Of a stretch of 52,928 nucleotides of DNA, positions 42,923-49,824 are shown piece after piece. The stretch lies in NCBI GenBank assembly GCA_964644635.1, contig CAZXXL010000001.1:1-52928 (forward strand), read 5' to 3'. Numbering within the stretch: the stretch's first letter is position 1; each line of letters starts with the position of its first letter. Under the pieces are notes generated by a model. The model worked only from the letters and a program-made list of their open reading frames with translations, did not search any database and had not been told where the DNA came from. Both the position numbers and the translations under genes were made by a program. This stretch comes from an uncultured Thermoanaerobaculia bacterium. GTDB taxonomy: Bacteria > Acidobacteriota > Thermoanaerobaculia > Thermoanaerobaculales > Sulfomarinibacteraceae.

Positions 42923-44725
42923 TCAGTTCTGGTTGAGCTGCTGCACGATGATCGCGTGGGCCTCGGTCTGGCTCTGCGCGTCGGACTGGTTCGTGTCCCA
43001 CCAGGCGCCGCCGGGGCCGTAGTACTCCATCAGCTCGTTGGCGTTTTCGACCTCGAACGTGCTGTTCCAGACGCCGATGTCGGGGGTGATGCCGAAGCCC
43101 CACACGTTGACCTTCAACGAGTGACAGCTCACCGCGCAGGAGCTCGGCATGCCGCCCTGGTCCTGGTAGGCCAGTGTCTTCTCGGGCGGAATCACCTCGA
43201 AGGTGTGGGAGTGGATGTCCCACTTGACGGCCGACTTGGCCACCTTCGGCATGTGGCACTTGATGCAGCGGGACAGCCCCACCTTGCGCTCGGGCGCGTA
43301 GGGGTGGTGCGTGTGCTGGCTCACGACCTTGGCGATGGCATCGACGTTGTTCGCGTAATCGGCCACCATCTCCTTGGTGATGTCGGCGAAGTCGCCGTGC
43401 TCCGAGTGGCACGTCAGGCAGAGGGTGTTGTTGTCCACCTCGGTCGGAATCGTCAGCCCGTCCTCGTCCAGCGTCTCCACGACCTGGTGATCGTTGGCCG
43501 TGTTCTCGTGCGGCTCGTGGCAGGTCCAGCAGTGTACCTTCTCGAAAGGATTGTTCGCATGCTTGGACGTCGTCCAGTCAAGCCACTGCTGGTGGTGCTT
43601 CTTGGAGGTCTTTCCGTCGGGCCAGCGGCCGGCCGAGTCGGTCCAGAAGCTCATGAAGTCGTCGCTCGAGCCGGGGAACCACTGCTTCTGGTTGGTCTCG
43701 TCGTACGGGAAGCCGTGCAGCTTGTCCGGAACCGACTTTGGCCGCAGGTGGCACTGGCCGCAGACCTCGTCGGCCGTGTCCTCGGGCAGGTCCGCTGGGT
43801 TGACGATCTTGGTCGGATCGCCGCCGCCGAGGATGTGGGCGGAGCCCGGCCCGTGGCAGTTCTCGCAGCCGATGTTGGTCAGGTCCTTGTTGCCGTCGTG
43901 GTCGAAGTCCCAGTAGCTGGGATCACCCGGCTGAACGAGGACCGCCGGGTAGAGGTCGGCCCGCCATTCGCCGTTGGCATCCTGGGTGATCTTCTTCACG
44001 CCCGTGGCGTGGCAGCCGATGCAGTTCTTGGAGTAGTCGCCGCCGCTGTTGGCCGCGAGGTCGGCAGCGCTCGTGCCCTGGTGGAACTTGGGCTCGTTGT
44101 TCTCGTCGTACCAGTGGTCGCCGTCGTAGACCACGTAGCCGTGGGTGGCGAGGTTGTACTGGATCGGACTGATGTAGTTGCCCATGGAAAGGCCGTTGGG
44201 GGTCCCGGTGACCGGGACACGGACCACGTAGCGCTGCTTCCAGCCGGCGCCGCCCTGGGCCGCCACCACCGGCATCTTGAGGTCGCCGATCGTGATGTAG
44301 TAGGTGTTCCCCTCGTGGGAGAGGATGGGGGCGTTGGGCTTGAACTTGTCGAAGGCCGACGAGATCTGGTTGAAGTCGAGCCCCTCGTCGAAGTCATTGA
44401 TCCCGTTCTGGTTGTAGTCGTTGACCATCGTGTCCGGCGTCGGAATTCGAATCTTCTTGCGGTGCAGGGTGTCCCGGAACCCGGCCTTGTCCTGGTGGCA
44501 GGCGATGCAGAACTCCGAGCCCACGTAGACGCCCTGCTCGAGCTGTTGGGCGGTGTACATGGACTGGAGCCGCTGCACCCCCTCGGTGACGATGCTCGCG
44601 GCCCCGGGCCGCGACAGTCTCACCGCGCGGACCCGGTGGCTGCTGAGCAGCTGGGGCCCGCCGGCCGAGACGGCCGTGGCGATGCCGAGGGCCACGACGG
44701 TTGAAAGAATTGCGACACGCCTCAT
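42923..44725 (-). CDS. secreted multiheme c-type cytochrome: 7 CxxCH plus one CxxxCH (putative octaheme, NrfA/octaheme-reductase-like)
   Basis: ATG at 44725 with AAGGAGG SD. Signal MRRVAILSTVVALGIATAVSAGG, with no lipobox. Heme motifs CIACH, CIGCH, CENCHGPGSAH, CGQCH, CWTCH, CLTCH, CIKCHMPK, plus CAVSCH (43121-43138). Confidence 0.85.
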   Translation of the reverse strand: MRRVAILSTVVALGIATAVSAGGPQLLSSHRVRAVRLSRPGAASIVTEGVQRLQSMYTAQQLEQGVYVGSEFCIACHQDKAGFRDTLHRKKIRIPTPDTMVNDYNQNGINDFDEGLDFNQISSAFDKFKPNAPILSHEGNTYYITIGDLKMPVVAAQGGAGWKQRYVVRVPVTGTPNGLSMGNYISPIQYNLATHGYVVYDGDHWYDENNEPKFHQGTSAADLAANSGGDYSKNCIGCHATGVKKITQDANGEWRADLYPAVLVQPGDPSYWDFDHDGNKDLTNIGCENCHGPGSAHILGGGDPTKIVNPADLPEDTADEVCGQCHLRPKSVPDKLHGFPYDETNQKQWFPGSSDDFMSFWTDSAGRWPDGKTSKKHHQQWLDWTTSKHANNPFEKVHCWTCHEPHENTANDHQVVETLDEDGLTIPTEVDNNTLCLTCHSEHGDFADITKEMVADYANNVDAIAKVVSQHTHHPYAPERKVGLSRCIKCHMPKVAKSAVKWDIHSHTFEVIPPEKTLAYQDQGGMPSSCAVSCHSLKVNVWGFGITPDIGVWNSTFEVENANELMEYYGPGGAWWDTNQSDAQSQTEAHAIIVQQLNQN

Positions 44726-44753
44726 CTTGACCTCCTTTTCCCCCCGCGGGGTG

Positions 44754-45605
44754 TTACTCGAAAAGCCTGGGGTCACGGTTCGAGCCGTGGATCCCCTGGT
44801 GACATCTCTGGCACGCCCGGTAGCGCGCCTGGCTCAGGTCGTGGAATGCCGGCACGTCGGCATGGCACTCGAGGCACAGGTCGCTCATGCTGCGGCGCGT
44901 GAGTTGACGCGGGTTCATCGATCCGTGGGGCTCGTGGCAGGTGACGCACCCGTCCACCTCGCGCGGCGGGTGGGGATAGACGAAGGGACCGGCCTTCTCC
45001 GTGTGGCACCTGATGCAGACGCCGCCGTTGGACAGCATCTTCAGGCGGCCGCGCTCGGTCTGCCCGTGGGGATCGTGGCACTGGGTACAGGCGAAGGGGC
45101 GGTGCGCCCCCTCGCGATGAGCGTAGGGGAGGTTGAACGCCGCCGCCTCGGACCTGTGGCAGCTGCCGCAGAGCTTGGCCGGCTCGGCCCGCAGCATGTG
45201 GGCGACGGTCGATTTGGCGTGCCCCGGCTGGTGGCAGTCCAGGCATCCCACGCCGTTACGGACGTGGGCCGGCGTGGTCAGCTCGAGACCCGCCCGGCGA
45301 TCGGCGTGGCACTGCACACAGACCTTGCTCGTCGGCTTGCGGACGATGTTGTCGGTCGAGGGGTCCTCGACGTGGGCCGCCGCCGGGCCGTGGCAGGCGA
45401 CGCAGGCGCGGTCCACGATCTTCTTGGACACCTTGGCCATGGCCCGCCCGTGGGGCCCGGCGAGGAAGTTCGCCGCCACCTCGTCGTGGCAGGTGGCGCA
45501 GGTCTCGGTGGTGACCGGCTCATCGGCCCGGGCGGGGGGAGCCGCGACCAGGACCGCCAGGCCGACCAGGGATCCAACCAGCATCGTCGTCATCCGCCGC
45601 ATCAT
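44754..45605 (-). CDS. periplasmic decaheme c-type cytochrome, MtrA/DmsE-like
   Basis: 283 aa. Signal MMRRMTTMLVGSLVGLAVLVAAPPARA. Exactly ten CxxCH motifs (CATCH CVACH CVQCH CLDCH CGSCH CTQCH CIRCH CVTCH CLECH CQRCH). GPFVYPHPP...CVTCHEPHGS pattern. The start overlaps the porin stop (TGATG). Track ORF 44754..46283 is the same frame, over-extended. Confidence 0.85.
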   Translation of the reverse strand: MMRRMTTMLVGSLVGLAVLVAAPPARADEPVTTETCATCHDEVAANFLAGPHGRAMAKVSKKIVDRACVACHGPAAAHVEDPSTDNIVRKPTSKVCVQCHADRRAGLELTTPAHVRNGVGCLDCHQPGHAKSTVAHMLRAEPAKLCGSCHRSEAAAFNLPYAHREGAHRPFACTQCHDPHGQTERGRLKMLSNGGVCIRCHTEKAGPFVYPHPPREVDGCVTCHEPHGSMNPRQLTRRSMSDLCLECHADVPAFHDLSQARYRACQRCHQGIHGSNRDPRLFE

Positions 45606-47458
45606 CAGAAGCTCCAGTGCAGGGCGAGGCCGTACCGGGCGACGCTGAAGTCGTCCAGCCGGGCCCGTTGCTCGTCGTACGACCAGTACTGTCCGAAAAG
45701 GCCCGCCATCAGCCGGCCGACGATCCTGAAATCGAAGCGGACGGCGGCGTTCCAGGCGTCCACCGGCCAGGTCTCGCCCTGGTCCGTCAGCCACGCCAGG
45801 CGCCACGTGAGCCGCCGCGAGTCGTTGCCCAGGCGGGCGAAGGCCGAGAACCGGCGCACGGAGGTGTCGTAGCGCGAGGTGCCGCTTCCGCCGGTGGGCA
45901 GGATCAGTCCGGTGTCGGTGGAAAGGTCGAGGATCGACGCGTCCACCCCGACGGTCCGCCCGCCCTTCGGCGACGACCACAGGAGCGCGGCGCCGACGGC
46001 CGTCGAGTTGGTCGAGAGATCGGCGATGCTGCGCGGGTTGTCCGTGCCCTCGTACCGCCCGTGCACGTTGAGGACCCAGGCCCTGCCGAGGTGGGAGCTG
46101 AGCCTGACGGTCACCCGGTTGACGGTGTCCGGGTCGGTCCGGAACACGTAATCCTGGAACGAGCCGTGCTCGTACTCGACGCTTCCCGCAAGTCGCCGGC
46201 CGAGATTGATCGAGGCGCCCGCCACCGCCCCGCCGGAGTCGCGGCTGACGTCGACGCGGTCCCCGTCCGCGGTCAGGCGCCACTCGACGTCGCGGCTCGC
46301 CGCGAAGCCGCCGCCCCAGACCGCCCAGCGGTCCGTCCGGTACTCGATCTCCAGCCGGCCCGTGGTGTCGGTGGTGTCGAAGCGGCCCGTATCGTCGATC
46401 GGGGCGCTCAGCTCGAGGCCGGCACCGGTGGGATTGAAGGCCTTGAGGAGACGTTCCCCGAGCAGGCTGGAATCGGAGCTGGCGTCACGGTAGTCGGCCG
46501 AGAAGCGAAGCCTCCAGCCCCGGCCGAGGCGCAGGGCCAGCCGGTAGGCGCCGGCCAGGGTGTCCGTGGTCGCGGAGCCCACCAGGTCGTCCATGAACTG
46601 GATGGTCCCGATCCTGCCCTCGTCGATGGCGAAGCTCTGCCACCCGGCGCCGGTCGCGTCCAGGTCGGCCGAGCTCCAGAGGATGGACAGAACCGTCTCC
46701 ACCCGTCCCCTGGCATAGCTCGCGGTGACCCGGCCCGAGGGGACGTCCTGGCTCTCGTGGACCGTGGTCCCGACATCGGTGAGCAGATCCGGGTCGGTGG
46801 GATCCAGGGACGCCCCGCCGGCCGGCGACCAGCGGTTCCGCCGGTCGTAGCTCGCGTAGGTCGCCTCGACGTCGAGCACCACCGGGAGGGTCCTGGTCAC
46901 CAGCCGCAGGCTTCCCTCGTCCATCGTCTCGTCGAGGGCGACCCGCAGCGGGTAGAGATTGTTGAGGCCCAAGAAAGGCCGAAACACGGTGCCGTCGCGC
47001 TCGACGTGGCGCACGTTCAGGATCAGCTTCGCCGCGCTCCAGCCGGTCCAGCGCACCTCGCCGCCCCAGCGGGTGATGTTCCAGCGGTCCGTCCGGCCGC
47101 CGAGGTCGGACTCCGAAAGCCCGAAGAAGGTGTTCCGCCGGTCGTAGGTCACGGCCACCGACCAGTCGTCCCCCGGCGCGAAGCTCAGGCGACCGTGCTC
47201 GGTCGGCTCGGCCTGACCGAAGCCCCACGCCTGGAGATGAAAGCGCGGCCGCTCTCCGGTTTTCAGCGCCAGGTCCAGGCTCTCGAGCACGAAGCCCTGA
47301 TCCAGCGCCTGCTGGCTGCGGAAGCTGTTTTCGCTCCCGGCCGCGTTCTGCCACACGTAGCCGACACCGATCTCCCCGTGCCAGGTCTGTGCGGCAACGG
47401 GCGACACCGCGAGCCCCGCCACCAGGGCGGCGGCACCCAGGTTCCTCAGACGACCCAT
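45605..47458 (-). CDS. outer-membrane beta-barrel protein, MtrB/PioB-like (family tentative)
   Basis: ATG at 47458. Signal MGRLRNLGAAALVAGLAVSPVAAQ. 617 aa of alternating amphipathic beta-strand pattern rich in Y/W/R/D/G, with a terminal ...GLALHWSF. Translationally coupled to a decaheme gene. Confidence 0.65.
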   Translation of the reverse strand: MGRLRNLGAAALVAGLAVSPVAAQTWHGEIGVGYVWQNAAGSENSFRSQQALDQGFVLESLDLALKTGERPRFHLQAWGFGQAEPTEHGRLSFAPGDDWSVAVTYDRRNTFFGLSESDLGGRTDRWNITRWGGEVRWTGWSAAKLILNVRHVERDGTVFRPFLGLNNLYPLRVALDETMDEGSLRLVTRTLPVVLDVEATYASYDRRNRWSPAGGASLDPTDPDLLTDVGTTVHESQDVPSGRVTASYARGRVETVLSILWSSADLDATGAGWQSFAIDEGRIGTIQFMDDLVGSATTDTLAGAYRLALRLGRGWRLRFSADYRDASSDSSLLGERLLKAFNPTGAGLELSAPIDDTGRFDTTDTTGRLEIEYRTDRWAVWGGGFAASRDVEWRLTADGDRVDVSRDSGGAVAGASINLGRRLAGSVEYEHGSFQDYVFRTDPDTVNRVTVRLSSHLGRAWVLNVHGRYEGTDNPRSIADLSTNSTAVGAALLWSSPKGGRTVGVDASILDLSTDTGLILPTGGSGTSRYDTSVRRFSAFARLGNDSRRLTWRLAWLTDQGETWPVDAWNAAVRFDFRIVGRLMAGLFGQYWSYDEQRARLDDFSVARYGLALHWSF

Positions 47459-47617
47459 GAGCCCGATCCCTCCCCCCGACGGGCGCACCGCCCCGCGTGG
47501 CGCGCCTCGAGATTCTGAGACGATGTCGTAACCATCATCCTTGCGCATATGTTCACAAGCGCGGGGATGCGAAAGAATTTTCCGCACGTGAGCGTTTGCC
47601 GGGTCGTTCATGCGTTC

Positions 47618-47646
47618 AAGATAGAAGACCGTCTCCAGCGTGTCAA
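47618..47646 (-). promoter_or_regulatory. candidate sigma-70 promoter of the porin-cytochrome operon
   Basis: The minus strand reads TTGACA (47646-47641), a 17-nt spacer, then TATCTT (47623-47618). This implies a 5' UTR of about 150 nt. Confidence 0.4.
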
Positions 47647-47664
47647 GACCTCGAACGTTACTGC

Positions 47665-47679
47665 CGAAAATAGTTATAT
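47665..47679. promoter_or_regulatory. Fur-box-like site 1
   Basis: CGAAAATAGTTATAT matches 9 of the 14 defined positions of the 7-1-7 Fur consensus TGATAATnATTATCA. It lies between the two divergent promoters, next to fur. Confidence 0.3.
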
Positions 47680-47718
47680 TCTCATGTCCGTGATCTTCTT
47701 CATCCTCACCGGGGGGAC

Positions 47719-47747
47719 TTGACACGATCCCGTTCCTTCCCTAATAT
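47719..47747 (+). promoter_or_regulatory. candidate sigma-70 promoter of fur
   Basis: TTGACA (47719-47724), a 17-nt spacer, then TAATAT (47742-47747). The fur ATG is at 47784. Confidence 0.45.
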
Positions 47748-47753
47748 TGTGTT

Positions 47754-47772
47754 GAGACGATGAAAATGAGAC
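47754..47772. promoter_or_regulatory. Fur-box-like site 2 (possible fur autoregulation)
   Basis: GAGACGATGAAAATGAGAC matches 11 of 19 positions of GATAATGATAATCATTATC. It overlaps the predicted fur transcription start and contains a GAGAC direct repeat. Confidence 0.25.
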
Positions 47773-47783
47773 TGGATTAGCCT

Positions 47784-48248
47784 ATGACGTCATTATCGCA
47801 ACGCGCCCAGAAGCTCTTCATCCAGTACCTCAGGGAGAACAACCTGAAGGTCACGCAGGAGCGGCTCGCCCTGCTGGAGGAGATCTTCTCCACCAACGAG
47901 CATCTCGACGCCGACGATCTCCTGGCGCGGATGAAGGTGAAGAGAAAGAAGGTCTCCCGCGCCACCGTCTACCGCACGCTCGACCTCCTCGTGCAGTGCG
48001 GGCTGGTGCGCAAGAGCCGGCTCGGCCAGGAGCATTACTTCTACGAGAAGGTCCAGCCGGGCAAGCACCACGACCACATGGTGTGCACCCATTGCGGGAA
48101 GGTCATGGAGTTCTGGGACCCCGAGGTCGACCAGCGGATACGTCAGCTCTGCCAGGAGCGAAGCTTCCGCCCGTCCTTCTACTCGATCCAGATCCAGGGC
48201 CTGTGCGCCGACTGTCAGAAGCTGGAGCAGGAATCCACGTTCCTGTGA
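47784..48248 (+). CDS. fur: Fur-family metalloregulator
   Basis: 154 aa. wHTH RATVYRTLDLLVQCGLV. Metal sites HHDHMVCTHCGKVMEF and CADC. GC is lower than in the flanking genes. Confidence 0.9.
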   Translation: MTSLSQRAQKLFIQYLRENNLKVTQERLALLEEIFSTNEHLDADDLLARMKVKRKKVSRATVYRTLDLLVQCGLVRKSRLGQEHYFYEKVQPGKHHDHMVCTHCGKVMEFWDPEVDQRIRQLCQERSFRPSFYSIQIQGLCADCQKLEQESTFL

Positions 48249-48377
48249 TCCGCGGTCGGGTGGATCTCCCCTGTCCCGTCTCCGCCCCGGGTCCCGCGGT
48301 GTATCACGGCGGACCGCGCCACGGCCTCGCGTGAGTCGTGTAGGATACGGCCGAAGGACGCGAGCGGAGGTACGACG

Positions 48378-48557
48378 ATGGAGCTCGAGGACGCCGTCAT
48401 CCAGGCAATGAAGCAGGCCGGCAGGCCCGTCCGCCCCGGCGACGTGGCCAAGTCCCTTGGCGTCGACGCCAAGCAGGTCTCCAAGGCCATCAAGAAGCTC
48501 AAGGAGCAGGGGAAGATCGTCTCGCCCAAGCGGTGCTTCTACGCGCCGGCGGACTGA
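48378..48557 (+). CDS. small (59 aa) winged-helix DNA-binding-like protein, below the ORF-track size cut-off
   Basis: ATG at 48378 with GGAGG 8 nt upstream. MELEDAVIQAMKQAGRPVRPGDVAKSLGVDAKQVSKAIKKLKEQGKIVSPKRCFYAPAD has a helix-turn-helix plus wing pattern. Lys-rich normal composition in a GC-rich background. Confidence 0.55.
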   Translation: MELEDAVIQAMKQAGRPVRPGDVAKSLGVDAKQVSKAIKKLKEQGKIVSPKRCFYAPAD

Positions 48558-48615
48558 GGGGCCGCGCCGCGGCTCCTCCCGGGCTCAGGCCCCAGCCCGG
48601 GGCCGGAGGTGGAGC

Positions 48616-49824
48616 ATGAGCACGACAATCCGCGCCGCCGAGGCCGGCCCGTCCGGCGACAAGATCCGCTCGGACCTGGTGGTCCGCTACCGGCCCGCCG
48701 GAAGCCCCCTCGGGCTCCGCATCACGAGCCGGGTGGGGTACCTCTACGGCGACGCCATCACGGCCGCCGTGCACCGCGTCGCCGCCGCCCTCGGGGCGAC
48801 CACCGGCACCCTCACCGTCGAGGACTTCGGCGCGCTGGAGTGGGTGATCCTCGCCCGGGTGGAGACCTGCCTGCGCCGCGCCGGGTTCAATGGCGAGGCC
48901 GTGCTGCCCCAGGCCGCGCCCGGCGCCGACGCACCCCGGGTCCGCAACCGCCTGCGCCGCAGCCGCCTGTACGTCCCCGGGAACCAGCCCAAGCTCATGC
49001 TCTCGGCGGGCCTCTACGGCGCCGACGGGGTCATCCTCGACCTCGAGGACTCCGTCCCGCCCGCGGAGAAGGACGCGGCGCGCATCCTGGCGCGCAACGC
49101 CCTCGTCGCCATGGACTGGGGCCGCTCGGAACGCATGGTGCGCATCAACCAGGGGGAGACCGGCGACGCCGACCTCGACGCCGTGGCGCCGCACAACGTA
49201 CACACCATCCTGCTGCCCAAGGTGGAGCGGCCCGACCAGGTCGCCCGCGCCGCCGCCCGCCTGCGCGAGCGCACCTCCGGCGAGGCGCCGTTCCTGATGC
49301 CGATCCTGGAATCGCCCCTGGGCATCAGGAACGCCTACGAGATCGCGGCCGCCGACCCGTCGGTGGTCGCCCTGACCCTGGGCCTGGAGGATCTCTCCGC
49401 CGAGCTGGGCGCGCCGCGAACCGCCGAGGGCTGGGAGAGCTTCCTCGCCCGCCAGACCACGGTCTACGCCGCTCGTGCGGCCGGCGTGCAGCCCATCGCG
49501 TCCGTGTTCTCCGACGTCCGGGACGAGGCCGGCCTCGAGGCCTACGTCCGCCGGGAGCGGGCGCTCGGCTTCGACGGTATAGGCTGCATCCACCCCGGGC
49601 AGATCCCGGTGGTGCACCGGGCCATGGCGCCCACGGAGGCCGAGCTCGAGCGGGCGCTCGCCATCGTGCGCGCGGCAGAAGCCGCCGAGGCCGCCGGGCT
49701 GGGCGCCGTCGCCGTCGGCTCAAAGATGGTCGACCCTCCCGTGGTGCAACAGGCCCGGCGTACTGTGGACTTGGCTGCCGCCGCGGGCATGCTCGATCCC
49801 GGCCGGGAGGCGAACGATGGCTAA
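48616..49824 (+). CDS. citE: fused citrate lyase acyl-carrier (CitD-like) and citryl-CoA lyase beta subunit (CitE)
   Basis: The ATG at 48616 has a GGAGGTGGAG SD. The first 95 aa or so align by eye to CitD (AG..SD.VV, YGDAI, EDFGALEWVILARVE). The rest is CitE/HpcH-like (RSRLYVPGNQPKLM, ILDLEDSV, LESP, GCIHPGQ). Track ORF 48457..49824 is the same frame. Confidence 0.85.
   Translation: MSTTIRAAEAGPSGDKIRSDLVVRYRPAGSPLGLRITSRVGYLYGDAITAAVHRVAAALGATTGTLTVEDFGALEWVILARVETCLRRAGFNGEAVLPQAAPGADAPRVRNRLRRSRLYVPGNQPKLMLSAGLYGADGVILDLEDSVPPAEKDAARILARNALVAMDWGRSERMVRINQGETGDADLDAVAPHNVHTILLPKVERPDQVARAAARLRERTSGEAPFLMPILESPLGIRNAYEIAAADPSVVALTLGLEDLSAELGAPRTAEGWESFLARQTTVYAARAAGVQPIASVFSDVRDEAGLEAYVRRERALGFDGIGCIHPGQIPVVHRAMAPTEAELERALAIVRAAEAAEAAGLGAVAVGSKMVDPPVVQQARRTVDLAAAAGMLDPGREANDG

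Noticed and set aside
41313-44704. Long ORFs 41313..43412(-) and 41597..44704(+) across the bd-like and octaheme genes, and 45617..47518(+) antisense to the porin
   Set aside because: The translations are compositionally biased, and the ORFs run straight through a textbook terminator and an intergenic region. The alternative frames contain the CxxCH motifs, signal peptides and TM helices.
47459-47725. An in-frame 89-codon N-terminal extension of the porin ORF (MSSPPGEDEEDHGHENITIFG…)
   Set aside because: It runs through the AT-rich promoter region containing both TTGACA boxes. The ATG at 47458 is followed immediately by a classic signal peptide and preceded by GGAGG.
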